64,000 nucleotides of DNA from a bacterium (GCA_965209155.1 OZ242383.1:3680001-3744000); one strand, 5' to 3'; shown: positions 39,524-50,287, numbered from the stretch's first letter. A program made the numbers and translations. Notes: generated from the letters alone by a model not told the origin.

Positions 39524-41299
39524 CTAGAAGCCCATTTCCTTCTTCAGCTCTTGATCGACCCACAGGCGAGCGAGGATGGGAAGACGGTGCTGGCCCCCAA
39601 AGTGGACTTCTCCACTATAACCTTTGACCCACGGCTGGACCGCCATGTACTTTCCAGCTTTAGGACCCCATAAATATAAATGCTTCTCGACCATGTTCAT
39701 ATCTACCTCTCTCGACAGCCTCTGCTCCTCCGCAATCGAGGTAGCGGATTCACCGGCCTCTATCATGGCGTCCAACTCAGCGTCCTTGAATCTGGAAATG
39801 TTCCAAATGGACGTCGAGTGACCCGTGTGGCGTAGAACCGGTATAGCACCATAAGGATGACTCCATCCCGTAACTATTCCAGCCATACCTCCATAGTCCC
39901 CTTCTGTAACCAGAGGGATAAACTGAGGTCGGTCCAACGCCCTGATCTCTACGTCAACGCCAATTGCCTTCCAGTATCCTGCGGCTATTTCAGCGTACCC
40001 CATGTCGCCCTCACTGCTCCATATCATGACTGTCTCGAAGCCATTGGGATAGCCTGCTTGCCCCAGAAGCTGCCTCGCCCTTTCCGGGTCATAGGCGTAT
40101 CCTGCTTTGACCTCGTCGGGCCACTCGTCAAAGGGTGCGTAGTATCCTGTGAGACCTTCCCCTACGGGTCCCTGAGGTTTCCACATTGCAGTGCCCTTGT
40201 AGTAGGTATCGTTAATGGTCTTCAGGTCCAATGCCATCTGCATTGCCTGGCGCACCCTGATGTCGTCAAACGGTGGTTTGGTCGTGTCAAGGGCGACAGA
40301 GTTTTCCGAACGATCCCACCACGGGAGCAGCTCGATGTCAGGGTTGTTCTTCCGGAGGCTATCAAGCACGTCGGCCGACACGATATCAGAGACCCCAGCA
40401 GGGAAACCCAGGAAATCGATCCTGCCGGAGCGCAGTCCCGCTATCCGTGTGGCTTCTTCCATGATGAAGAGGCCCACTAACTTGTCAGTGTAAGGTAAGC
40501 GGTTTTGCGGGTACTTTTCGTCGAAGCCCCAGTAATCGGGATACTTGGTGTGGGTGATAGACGTGCCCTGGACCCAGTCAGTCAGCTCATAGGGTCCAGT
40601 GCCGACGAAGTTCCTCCAATCCGAAATGTCGCCATGTTGCTTGATGACCTCGGGAGGCAATATAAATGGCAGATGTTCAACCATGATCCGATGCAGCGCA
40701 CGGTGGTTTCGCTCCTTCAACCTAAAAACAACCGTCCATTGGTCGGTGGCCATTACCGATTCGGTTCCTATAGCCGCCAAAGAGGAACCTGGCAAAGGCT
40801 CGGTGTAACCGCTGCCGAGTCCCCAGATACGGTGATAGCTGTACTCGACATCCTGGGCCGTGAGCTCCCGACCGTTCATCGGCGCCTTATTATGCCAGCG
40901 AACGCCCTTGCGGATGTGGAAAGTATAGGTGAGGCCGTCCGGGGAAATCTCCCAGCTTTCCGCCAGTTGCCCTGCCGCGACCTCTTCCGGGATGTACTGG
41001 TTCGAGAAGGTATATTTGTCCCGCTCTACTGCCCAATCGGGGATGAGCAACTGCTCTGCAACGCCAGCCATGGCCAGTCCTGCGCTGCCATACACAAGGG
41101 TATCAGCACTCGGTGGCTCAAGCATCGTGGCAAAGGTCAAAGTCCCGCCGTACTCAGGTGCACTCACCATCTTGCCAGTACTGGGGTCTTTGACCATTTT
41201 CTTCTCAGCCGCGAAGGCTGAATTGACCCCGAGAGCGGCCACCATCAGGATCAGGGTTAACAACAATGATTGGATTTTTCTTGTTTTACTTTTTTCCAT
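39524..41299 (-). CDS. ABC substrate-binding protein (family 5)
   Basis: Signal peptide, PEYGG, LAESWEIS, GTGPY, QPWVKGYSGE; GGAG RBS. Confidence 0.93.
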   Translation of the reverse strand: MEKSKTRKIQSLLLTLILMVAALGVNSAFAAEKKMVKDPSTGKMVSAPEYGGTLTFATMLEPPSADTLVYGSAGLAMAGVAEQLLIPDWAVERDKYTFSNQYIPEEVAAGQLAESWEISPDGLTYTFHIRKGVRWHNKAPMNGRELTAQDVEYSYHRIWGLGSGYTEPLPGSSLAAIGTESVMATDQWTVVFRLKERNHRALHRIMVEHLPFILPPEVIKQHGDISDWRNFVGTGPYELTDWVQGTSITHTKYPDYWGFDEKYPQNRLPYTDKLVGLFIMEEATRIAGLRSGRIDFLGFPAGVSDIVSADVLDSLRKNNPDIELLPWWDRSENSVALDTTKPPFDDIRVRQAMQMALDLKTINDTYYKGTAMWKPQGPVGEGLTGYYAPFDEWPDEVKAGYAYDPERARQLLGQAGYPNGFETVMIWSSEGDMGYAEIAAGYWKAIGVDVEIRALDRPQFIPLVTEGDYGGMAGIVTGWSHPYGAIPVLRHTGHSTSIWNISRFKDAELDAMIEAGESATSIAEEQRLSREVDMNMVEKHLYLWGPKAGKYMAVQPWVKGYSGEVHFGGQHRLPILARLWVDQELKKEMGF

Positions 41300-41776
41300 G
41301 ACTCCTCCTATACTTGATTTGGAAGTAACTATTCAGGTCTCTGAAAAACCCGTTTAGTTAAATATCATTAAAAAAGATTCCCGGAGAGGACCGATTGTTT
41401 TCAAGTCCTCCCACGATATTGTTCAATCAATCGGGAACTCTCTTTCACTAAAACAACTTAGTGAAGGTATGATTCTAGCAATATATACATTTTTGAATAA
41501 TGTCAACCTCCAAATGAAAAAAATGCAGGATTCGTAAAAAAAATAAAAATCTATCAACCAGGGAGATCCACTTCTTTATGATCATGAGCCAAAAAGCGAA
41601 TGTTCACTCCACAATCCGGAGTTTTTTCCAGCAGGGAGGAGTTCCAGTCAATCAAAAAAATTAAAATAAACGTGATCAAAGGGCGGCGATTGTTGCAATA
41701 CGGCGCATATCAGATAAAATTCTCCTGGATTTTCATATTAATCGATAGACTCTCAATGCGCCGGTGAATCATTTCA

Positions 41777-42538
41777 ATGACAAGATTTTTGATTTTCGTT
41801 TTAAACAAGACAATCGTCTGTTGGAAAACATACTTTGGACTGATATCAGTATTGTTTCTTTTCCCATCGACGGCACATACCGTTTTTGATGAAATCGTAC
41901 AAGATGATCTGCAAAGGAAAATACTTCCCATGCTGGGTGATCCTTTATTGGAAACCAGACTCAAAGCCACTCGAGCTCTCTTGAATTTCCCGGAATGGTC
42001 TCTTCCACTCATCCGTGACGCAATCCAGGATCAGCGTTTTCACGCCATCCATTGGCGCTTGGCTTATTTATTGAGTGTTCTGGGTACGCAAGCGGATATC
42101 CCATTGCTACTGGAGAGTATGCCGTCCGAGCAATTTACCTACCAAAGCAGAATCTGGAGAGGAGCGGCGGAACGACTTTTTTGGAGGCACCGTCAAAGCG
42201 AAGGCCGCCGGTATATCATCTCCCGTCTTCGATTTTTACCAGAGCAACGAAACGATACGTATGTAAGGGGCAGGTTGTTGTATAAAATAGTAAATCCTGA
42301 CAGTGAAGGGCGCTTGGTGCATATCCAATTTGATTTATGGTATGCTCGCCTGGAAGGATCAAACTTCCCCACTCTATTCTGGATTGAAGCGGGGCGTGTT
42401 CTTGAAGTGGAACTTCCTCTCTCTTTTACTTTACTACCTGGAAGGGATTCCTTACGCATCGATCTGAAAGTAGAAGAAGTCGGGACTCACCAGCGCTTCG
42501 TCCATCACAAAATACAAATCCCCCTGACTCCTCCATAG
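41777..42538 (+). CDS. Hypothetical exported protein with HEAT-like helical repeat
   Basis: 253 aa ORF, hydrophobic N-terminus, LGDPLLETRLKATRALL HEAT-like pattern. Confidence 0.55.
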   Translation: MTRFLIFVLNKTIVCWKTYFGLISVLFLFPSTAHTVFDEIVQDDLQRKILPMLGDPLLETRLKATRALLNFPEWSLPLIRDAIQDQRFHAIHWRLAYLLSVLGTQADIPLLLESMPSEQFTYQSRIWRGAAERLFWRHRQSEGRRYIISRLRFLPEQRNDTYVRGRLLYKIVNPDSEGRLVHIQFDLWYARLEGSNFPTLFWIEAGRVLEVELPLSFTLLPGRDSLRIDLKVEEVGTHQRFVHHKIQIPLTPP

Positions 42539-42555
42539 ATCAAGAGCAACGTGAA

Positions 42556-43602
42556 TCACCTCGTTTGCGTTTGTCTTTCCAATTCCCTGATAGGCAGGAA
42601 AGGAAGGAAATTCCTACCCAACTGGGGATCCGCGATCACTTTGTTGACATGAGGCAGGATCACTTCCATGGTTTCGATGCGAATTCTTTCCTTTGTGATG
42701 TCTTTCGCTTCTTTGTATTCTTCATAGATGGAGTTGAATCGTTGTGCTTTTCCCGTAGCAACAAGTACGGTTTTTTCTGCGTATGCCTGTGAATCATTGA
42801 GAAGTTGCGCCGCCTCCCCACGAGCTTTGGGGATCAAGTTATTACGGTATCCATGGGCTTCATTTATCATTTTCTCACGGTCTTCTTTTGCGCTGGTAAC
42901 ATCCTTGAAGGCTTCTTTAACTGGATCTGGAGGGTGTACATCCTGCAATTTGACGTTCTCGATTTTGATACCTGCAACGTAGGTATTCAATACTCGTTGC
43001 AATAATTGCGCGGTTTCTGACTCGATGGCACCTTTTCCGGTAGTAATTGCGTCATCAACCGTTGTTCTTCCAATCACTTCACGCATTGCCGATTCCGAAG
43101 AGGCTCGTACCGTTTCCAAAGGATCCGTGACATTGAAGAGGTAATCAGGAAGTGAGATGATGCGGAATTGAACAATGAAGGACACGTCAATAATATTTTC
43201 GTCACCAGTCAACATCAGCGCTTCTTTGGTCACTCGACGGTACCGGGCAGGTGGACCTTGTTCAATCGTGCGGAATCCAATTTCGATACGGCGCACTTCC
43301 TTGACGTTTTCCGTGACCACCGATTCAATGGGGACTGGAAAAGCTAAATGAGGTCCAGGTTCTTCGATGCGGTTGAATTCTCCAAATCGTTTAACTACTG
43401 CTTGTTCCGGAGGTTCTACAATGAAAAATCCGGTCATCATCCAGACGATCAAAGCCCCAATGATGATTAAACTGAGAAATCCACGTCCTTGAAAACGATT
43501 CTTGAACTGATTTTGAAGATTGTTCAAAATCTCATCTACATTCGGTTGTGCCGGTTTTTTGCCCCACGGCGATTTATTTGGCGGTTTATTCCATGAATCC
43601 AT
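42556..43602 (-). CDS. hflK: FtsH protease modulator HflK
   Basis: MLTGDENI, DVHPPDPVKEAFKDV, IPKARGEA. Confidence 0.94.
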   Translation of the reverse strand: MDSWNKPPNKSPWGKKPAQPNVDEILNNLQNQFKNRFQGRGFLSLIIIGALIVWMMTGFFIVEPPEQAVVKRFGEFNRIEEPGPHLAFPVPIESVVTENVKEVRRIEIGFRTIEQGPPARYRRVTKEALMLTGDENIIDVSFIVQFRIISLPDYLFNVTDPLETVRASSESAMREVIGRTTVDDAITTGKGAIESETAQLLQRVLNTYVAGIKIENVKLQDVHPPDPVKEAFKDVTSAKEDREKMINEAHGYRNNLIPKARGEAAQLLNDSQAYAEKTVLVATGKAQRFNSIYEEYKEAKDITKERIRIETMEVILPHVNKVIADPQLGRNFLPFLPIRELERQTQTR

Positions 43603-43840
43603 ATATCCCGACTGGTTAGAGTTGATCTCCGATAAGAATCTTATTTTATATTTTTGAATAATTACACATCAAGCGTATTTGAGCAAATTTTTTATTCATT
43701 AAAATGAGATTGTAGTTTTTACTCTTGAAATGATAATTTACGTCCATTGTTATTTTTTCTATTTATACGAAGATCGCATCGAAAGCGTTTTCAAACGTCA
43801 CCATTTTTTATTGAATCATCTTTCCTTACAAGCGCACTCG

Positions 43841-44746
43841 ATGACTGCAAAAATTATTTCCGGAACCCGACTCCGTGAAGAAATTCTGGAAGAAATCAGC
43901 AGAGAAGTCCGGCAAATACGTAAAAGTCATGGTATGGTTCCAGGTTTGGTCACAATTCTGGTGGGAAAGGACCCTGCTTCAGTCTCGTATGTCACCTTGA
44001 AAATCAAAACAGCCCATCGTGTGGGTTTTCATGAAGTCCAGGTGAATCAACCCGAAACGACCAGCGAAACAGACTTGTTGGCATTGATTGATAATTACAA
44101 TAACGATGAGCGAATAAATGGTATTTTGATACAACTGCCCTTGCCGGAACAAATCAATGAAGACAATATTATCAAAGCAATTGATCCGGAAAAGGATGTC
44201 GACGGCTTGCATCCCATCAATATGGGACGACTCGTCATTGGAAGCGATGCGGTTCGATTTCCATCCTGCACTCCTGCCGGAATTCTGGAAATGATAGTCC
44301 GTTCGGGAGTGAACACGCAGGGAGCTGAAGTGGTGGTGGTGGGTCGATCCAACCTGGTGGGCAAGCCTATCGCCAATATGTTGCTGCAAAAAACAAAATG
44401 CGCCAATGCCACCGTCACCGTCGTTCACACTGGTACAAGAAATATGGCGGATCACTGCAGGCGTGCTGATATCTTGATTGTGGCCGCCGGTGTTCCCAAC
44501 TTGGTGCAAACGAATTGGATCAAACCGGGAGCCTGCGTGATTGATGTGGGAACGAACAGAGTGGGTGAAAAAATAAGTGCCACAACCGGCCAACCAGTGG
44601 CTATTCTGAAAGGAGACGTGGATTTTGAAACAGCAAAAGAAGTAGCCGGTTATATCACTCCGGTGCCAGGAGGAGTCGGACCCATGACCATTACGATGCT
44701 CATGAGAAATACTTTGAATTCCTTGAAATTTAAATTGGGACTCTGA
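43841..44746 (+). CDS. folD: Methylenetetrahydrofolate dehydrogenase/cyclohydrolase
   Basis: QLPLP, KDVDGLHP, GRSNLVGKP, TPVPGGVGPMT. Confidence 0.96.
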   Translation: MTAKIISGTRLREEILEEISREVRQIRKSHGMVPGLVTILVGKDPASVSYVTLKIKTAHRVGFHEVQVNQPETTSETDLLALIDNYNNDERINGILIQLPLPEQINEDNIIKAIDPEKDVDGLHPINMGRLVIGSDAVRFPSCTPAGILEMIVRSGVNTQGAEVVVVGRSNLVGKPIANMLLQKTKCANATVTVVHTGTRNMADHCRRADILIVAAGVPNLVQTNWIKPGACVIDVGTNRVGEKISATTGQPVAILKGDVDFETAKEVAGYITPVPGGVGPMTITMLMRNTLNSLKFKLGL

Positions 44747-44765
44747 TCCATATCAAAGAAAACTT

Positions 44766-45779
44766 TTAAACCTGTTCATTTTGTGGCTTGCTTTTTGCGG
44801 GTGACGCCCAATGTTCGAGAATCCAGTGCAGAACGCCACCCAGGCTGAATTGGGAGGTCTGCTCCTTGTGATAGGTCGCAGTGCCTATGATTTCTCCTGC
44901 AGCCAGCAAACCACTTTCGACGGCAGGACCGATACCTTCTCCCAAATCAACCGAGGCCAATCCCGCCGAATCGCCTATTAAAAAACAACGTTCTTTTTTA
45001 ACGTTCCCTTGATTGGAAAACAAAAAGTAAGGATGACCCTTGTCCTTGATCTGTTCGGCAATTTTCGAATCCAATAAATTTTCTTTTACTAAATCCTCCA
45101 GAAATAAACGATAGTGGTCGTGAATATTGGTTGCGGATTCTTTGAAGTATCGGCTCATACCTCCCAGTCCAATATTCACGTATCCTTTACCTTTGGGTAC
45201 ATACCAGGCATAGCCTTTCAATCCCCTGTAAAAGAAAAAAAGGTGACAGACGTCCTGACGAGCAGGATATTCAAATTCATGTTCCAGGGTTGCGATTTGG
45301 CGTTCTTTGCTGTGAACGTCTGGGAAAAATATTCTCCTCACCGGGCACATCGTACCCCCGGCACCTACTAGATTTTTACAGACATATTGACCGTCAATGA
45401 TGAAGCGGCCATCCACTTTTTCGATCTTCTTCACATGGTGTTGAATGACTGGCGCCCTACAGCGTTCCAACAGCCATTGGTCAAATTCAATACGTCGGAT
45501 AGAAAAATTGGACCAGCGTGTGGGAAACCAGGAAAGGGAAAAAGGAAGAAAAGGGAAATGTATTCTTGTATTCAATTCGGAAATAGGATGGGGATAGTCC
45601 TTCGTAGTGAATTGGAGGTCTTCCATCACTTTGGCCGTTATCCAACCCGCGCACAGTTTTAAGCGGGGAAAGGTCTGTTTATCGAGCACAAGGGCCTCTT
45701 TTCCCTCATTTATGAGTTTCCAGGCGCAACTGCTGCCAGCAGGTCCCCCGCCTACAATTATGGTTTCATAATTTTTCAT
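44766..45779 (-). CDS. FAD-dependent oxidoreductase, geranylgeranyl reductase-like
   Basis: GGGPAGS, FPRLKLCAG, GYAWYVPK, GDSAGL...GEGIGPA. Confidence 0.88.
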   Translation of the reverse strand: MKNYETIIVGGGPAGSSCAWKLINEGKEALVLDKQTFPRLKLCAGWITAKVMEDLQFTTKDYPHPISELNTRIHFPFLPFSLSWFPTRWSNFSIRRIEFDQWLLERCRAPVIQHHVKKIEKVDGRFIIDGQYVCKNLVGAGGTMCPVRRIFFPDVHSKERQIATLEHEFEYPARQDVCHLFFFYRGLKGYAWYVPKGKGYVNIGLGGMSRYFKESATNIHDHYRLFLEDLVKENLLDSKIAEQIKDKGHPYFLFSNQGNVKKERCFLIGDSAGLASVDLGEGIGPAVESGLLAAGEIIGTATYHKEQTSQFSLGGVLHWILEHWASPAKSKPQNEQV

Positions 45780-45794
45780 CGTTTCATTTTCGCA

Positions 45795-47000
45795 TTAACG
45801 AATGGTTTGGTAACCCCCTAACACTCCTTTGCGGGACAAGACCAATTGCCAGAGTGAAATATAACGGGAGCGAAATCCGCCAGCAACCGACATTAAATAG
45901 TACTTCCACATTCGGTAAAACATGGTTCTGCTCATGCCCCTCAATTCCAGATAATCGGGAATCTTGCTGCTTTTTTGCCAATCATTGTGGAAGTTTTCAA
46001 ACCATGCCATCAAAGTGGTATGGTAGTCCACTCCGAAATCATGCCAATCTTCCAGGACCAGGACATTGTCTATGGCGTTGCCCAAGGATTTAGGAGAGGG
46101 AATGGCGCTGTTGGGAAAGATGTACCTGTTGATCCAGGGATCGACCTCGACATCATATCGATCGGAGCCAATCGAATGCAATAAAAACAAACCGTGATCT
46201 TTCAACTGTTCTGCAACCAAACGCAGCCATGGCTTATAATTTTTCACCCCGACATGCTCACACATACCTATGGAAACCACTTTATCGAATTTTTTTCCGG
46301 AAGGGTTGTATAAATGACGATCCCGGTAATCGCAAAGATAAAATTCAGCAGCCCCTTTGTAGTTCTCGCGTGCAAACTTGATTTGTTCCTCCGAAATGTT
46401 GACAGACACAAGGTTGCATCCATAGTTTTCAGAGGCATACCTGGCAAATCCTCCCCATCCACATCCCATTTCAAGCACCTCTTCTCCTTCTTTCAGTCCG
46501 AGTTTTCGACAAACCAAATCGTATTTCGCATATTGGGCTTCATCCAGAGTTTTGGCTTCCTTCCAGTAGGCGCAAGTATAGGCCATGGATTTTCCTAACA
46601 TCTGCTGGTACATTTCATTGCTCAAATTATAGTGTATCTCAGCCACTTTTTTTGATCGCGCGCGAGATTGACGATTGAGCAAAAAGGCCTCTGTCCATGC
46701 TCTCAGGTACCGAAAAGGATTGTCCAACAGGTTACGTTTGCGCATTAAAGTTATCCGGTAGAAAAATTCATCCATCTGCTCGCAGTCCCACCATTCATCC
46801 ATGTAACTTTCACCCAGACCCATGGACCCTTGCGCAAACACTCGATTATAAAAACGTTCATCCTTCACTTGAATATCCCAAGGATTGTTTCCATTGATTT
46901 GGATCCCTGCATGGTCGGCAATTTCATGGATGAGTTTTTTTGCATTTTTTCTGCTTTTTATTTGAGTCGTTAATCCTTCCAGGACGATTTTTGCATCCAT
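45795..47000 (-). CDS. cfa: Cyclopropane fatty acid synthase-like SAM methyltransferase
   Basis: GLGESYMD, HYNLSN, YTCAYW, LEMGCGWGG, WINRYIFP, RMWKYY. Confidence 0.88.
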   Translation of the reverse strand: MDAKIVLEGLTTQIKSRKNAKKLIHEIADHAGIQINGNNPWDIQVKDERFYNRVFAQGSMGLGESYMDEWWDCEQMDEFFYRITLMRKRNLLDNPFRYLRAWTEAFLLNRQSRARSKKVAEIHYNLSNEMYQQMLGKSMAYTCAYWKEAKTLDEAQYAKYDLVCRKLGLKEGEEVLEMGCGWGGFARYASENYGCNLVSVNISEEQIKFARENYKGAAEFYLCDYRDRHLYNPSGKKFDKVVSIGMCEHVGVKNYKPWLRLVAEQLKDHGLFLLHSIGSDRYDVEVDPWINRYIFPNSAIPSPKSLGNAIDNVLVLEDWHDFGVDYHTTLMAWFENFHNDWQKSSKIPDYLELRGMSRTMFYRMWKYYLMSVAGGFRSRYISLWQLVLSRKGVLGGYQTIR

Positions 47001-47036
47001 AGCATCACTCCATTCGTTATTTGCGAATTCGTATCT

Positions 47037-47945
47037 CTAAAACTCCAAATGATCCGATTTTCTTTGAGAAATTTTTTGAGAACTTTCAGTATATTCCAAG
47101 AGGATTTGATCAATCAAGGAATCTTTTTCCTCCCAAAGGGTTTGTATCCAAAATTTGAGTTTGCCTCGGGGGACAGGCAATTCGCGCACGTGGATAACAA
47201 TCACGGAGACCCTGCCACACAACATGTCCCAAAAGCGGGGAGTGCGTTGCTTGGGGTAGACTATGGTAACATCCAGAATGGCAGTAAGAAAATCCTTCAA
47301 GTTGGATAAAACGATGGCGGAAGTACCAAACCGGGGTATCAGCAAATTGCGATAGGGAGAGGCTTGTAGTCGATGCTTTGCTTCGCTGAAACGGGTGCCT
47401 TCTGGAAAGTTGAGGATAGAAAAAGGTGCTTTTTTCAATTTCTGACAAGCCCTGCGAGCAGTTCCCAAGTCCTTACCATGCAGTTCCGGGTGCCTTTTCA
47501 GATAGTCCGGAGAATAGCGCTTCATCATGGGAAAGCCCAGGGCCCACAAAGAGGTGCCAATGAAAGGTAACCAGATCAATTCATGTTTGACAAAAAATTT
47601 GAGAGGTGGAATTCGATGAATCAATCCGCATTGCAATCCGATAATATCAATCCAGTTGAGATGATTGGAGATTACCAGGTAAGATCCCTGCGAATTCAGT
47701 TTCTCCAAGCCTTCGATTTTCCACTCGATTTTTTGAGTAAACCACAGAACAAGACGGTTGCCATCCGTCCATGCCGTTAAAAGCCAATCCTGCGCGCATG
47801 AAAATTTTTTATGCCAGGTTGCGTGAGGAATTAAAAGTTTGATAAGGGTGACGGCAGAAATTGGAATGTACCAGAATAAAACATTACAGCAAAATAAAAA
47901 AATGGTGACAATACCCAGTATCCACGGTGGTAAGAAGTGCAGCAT
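47037..47945 (-). CDS. Acyltransferase (PlsC superfamily, YihG-like)
   Basis: SNHLNWID, KFFVKHEL, FPEGTRF, DVTIVY. Confidence 0.88.
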   Translation of the reverse strand: MLHFLPPWILGIVTIFLFCCNVLFWYIPISAVTLIKLLIPHATWHKKFSCAQDWLLTAWTDGNRLVLWFTQKIEWKIEGLEKLNSQGSYLVISNHLNWIDIIGLQCGLIHRIPPLKFFVKHELIWLPFIGTSLWALGFPMMKRYSPDYLKRHPELHGKDLGTARRACQKLKKAPFSILNFPEGTRFSEAKHRLQASPYRNLLIPRFGTSAIVLSNLKDFLTAILDVTIVYPKQRTPRFWDMLCGRVSVIVIHVRELPVPRGKLKFWIQTLWEEKDSLIDQILLEYTESSQKISQRKSDHLEF

Positions 47946-48168
47946 CGCATGAATGAGTCAATGAAATGAAGCTGAACTGTTCGTAAGAGAATTAAAATAA
48001 TTTTAACAAATATGAATCCGCATTCCAGAACGTCACTCTATCGAAAGTAAAGGCAGAAACCATTCATGGTAAAGTGTTTGGTAATAAGTACCTGCGAAAT
48101 TCGATAACCCGTCGCCTGTCAAAGATACGACTTTGCGAATGAATATGTGAATTCTTCGCACTGGGCAC

Positions 48169-48462
48169 TCAGTCCAGATTGCTGCACCATTCTTCTATAG
48201 TATCCATCAGGTTGAATTCTTTTATTTTATTTGCAAGGTCATACTCTTCGATTTGTTCTACGAATTCTCCGGATTCCGTGACAGGTAATTGTTCTTCGAG
48301 GTGGGTCCAACCGTAGCTTACGGCCCATATACCACCCACCAACAACGCAAACCAAGGCAATACGGGTAAACCATGTTTGGCCACCTGGAAGAAGCCAAAT
48401 ACGGCTATAGGACCTCCCGATGTCAACAGAAGCAGCGAAATGAGATCAACATTTTCCAACAT
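48169..48462 (-). CDS. Small hypothetical membrane protein
   Basis: 97 aa, GAGGA RBS, two hydrophobic segments and an acidic tail. Confidence 0.5.
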   Translation of the reverse strand: MLENVDLISLLLLTSGGPIAVFGFFQVAKHGLPVLPWFALLVGGIWAVSYGWTHLEEQLPVTESGEFVEQIEEYDLANKIKEFNLMDTIEEWCSNLD

Positions 48463-48784
48463 AACATGTCCTCTCTTTGTCAGGTTTGAGCTCAATCAGA
48501 TGAGGGGGTTAGCGGAATTTTTTCTCCTTTGCCATTCCGGTCCCCGAGCCGGAATCCATGACTTCAATCCACGATTCCGGGGGTTACCCGGGTTTTTATA
48601 TGAATTATCCGGGATTTATCTGCCAGCGGAAAAGTGGAAAAACAAATGCTCTTGCTGGATCAACTTTGAATAAAAGTCCTTCAATGAATTTTTGAGGAGG
48701 CAATGTCACCAAAAGCGGAAATTTATATATCGGGGATCTGGAAAATTCCGGGGTATTCATTTGTGAACTGGTGGTGATTGGACT

Positions 48785-50287
48785 TCAGGCCTTCCAATTG
48801 TTAACGAAATCTATCAATAACCTCACTCCCACTCCAGTTGCTCCGGAACCGGGCAGGTAATCGATTCCTTTAACGTTCCAGGCTGTCCCTGCAATATCCA
48901 AATGAACCCAAGGCGTTTTTTCCACAAAATTTTTTAAAAACAACCCCCCCGTGATAACACCTGCCGCTGGTCCACCGATATTTTGCAAATCCCCATATTT
49001 CCCCTTAAGCGCTTCTTCATATTCCGAGAAATTGGGCAAGGGCCAGATTCGGTCACCACTGGATTGCCCTGCAGTGACCACTTTTTGGCAAAGCGCGTCG
49101 TCATTACTGATTGCTGCGGAAGCATAGGACCCCAGCGCTATGACGCAAGCACCCGTTAAGGTAGCTAAATCAATCATAGCGCTTGGTTGGAATTTTCGAG
49201 CTACGTAGGTCAGCGCATCTCCCAAAATCAAACGACCTTCCGCGTCTGTATTGAGAATTTCCACCCTCTTGCCTGCGTAGGACTTCACGATGTCTCCTGG
49301 ACGTTGCGCCCGTCCACCGGGAAGGTTTTCAGAGGTTGGCACCACTCCAATTACGTTGAATTTAGGCTGCAAACTGCCAACTGCTTTCATTGCGCCCAGA
49401 ACTGCGGCTGCCCCACACATGTCAAACTTCATCTCATCCATGTTTTTGCCTGGTTTGAGCGAAATCCCACCCGAATCGAAAGTGATGCCCTTGCCAATAA
49501 AGGCAATGGTATCCTGGGGATTTTTATGCCTGTACTCCAAAATGATCAATTTCGCAGGTTCACTGGATCCCTGGCTCACTCCGAGCAACATACCCATACC
49601 AAGCCTGGCCATATCCTCTTCCTCAAGCACGTTAATCGCCAACTTGTGTTCCCGAGCCACTTGCTGAGCATATTCTACCATTGCAGTTGGAGTGAGATCA
49701 TTGGGAGGCGTGTTGCCCAATGTCCTCGCGAAATTGGTGGCCTCTGCTCGAATCTGACCGGCTTGTACCGCTTTTCTGTCCGAAGTCTTCAAGGGATCGT
49801 AAATCGTTATATTCGCCGATTTGGGTTGCTTGTCCTCCGGGTTCCGGCTTTTATAGGTTTTGAATTCATAAGCCCCCAGCGCAATTCCTTCTGAGAGCGC
49901 CGTTCCTGCGACGGACTTGAGCGTCTTTTTCAAAAACGAGGGAAGTTGGAGACTGAGTTGGCTCAGTTTCAATTCCAATAGTTTTTTGCCGACTTTTCCA
50001 CCTGCGCGGCGTAGCCCTTCCAAGTCGATTTCTGTCTTTGCTCCCAATCCAATCAGCAATATGCGAGGAATTTCGGGAGTACCGGATAGCAATACTCGCG
50101 ATTCTCCTTTTTTCCCGGAAAAATCATCCAATTCGATCAATGTCCGGATTGATGTTTGAACAGACTTTGGCAGTAGATTCAGTTCGCTCATAACGCCAGT
50201 GCCTTTTGCTTTGGAAGAAAATAATATCAAACACTCGGTCTTTGCTTTGTTAACCGGCTGAGTCTTGTATTCAAATGTGATATCCAT
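48785..50287 (-). CDS. pepA: Leucyl aminopeptidase (M17)
   Basis: GKGITFDSGG, MKFDMCG, NTDAEGRL, DLATLTGA. Confidence 0.96.
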   Translation of the reverse strand: MDITFEYKTQPVNKAKTECLILFSSKAKGTGVMSELNLLPKSVQTSIRTLIELDDFSGKKGESRVLLSGTPEIPRILLIGLGAKTEIDLEGLRRAGGKVGKKLLELKLSQLSLQLPSFLKKTLKSVAGTALSEGIALGAYEFKTYKSRNPEDKQPKSANITIYDPLKTSDRKAVQAGQIRAEATNFARTLGNTPPNDLTPTAMVEYAQQVAREHKLAINVLEEEDMARLGMGMLLGVSQGSSEPAKLIILEYRHKNPQDTIAFIGKGITFDSGGISLKPGKNMDEMKFDMCGAAAVLGAMKAVGSLQPKFNVIGVVPTSENLPGGRAQRPGDIVKSYAGKRVEILNTDAEGRLILGDALTYVARKFQPSAMIDLATLTGACVIALGSYASAAISNDDALCQKVVTAGQSSGDRIWPLPNFSEYEEALKGKYGDLQNIGGPAAGVITGGLFLKNFVEKTPWVHLDIAGTAWNVKGIDYLPGSGATGVGVRLLIDFVNNWKA

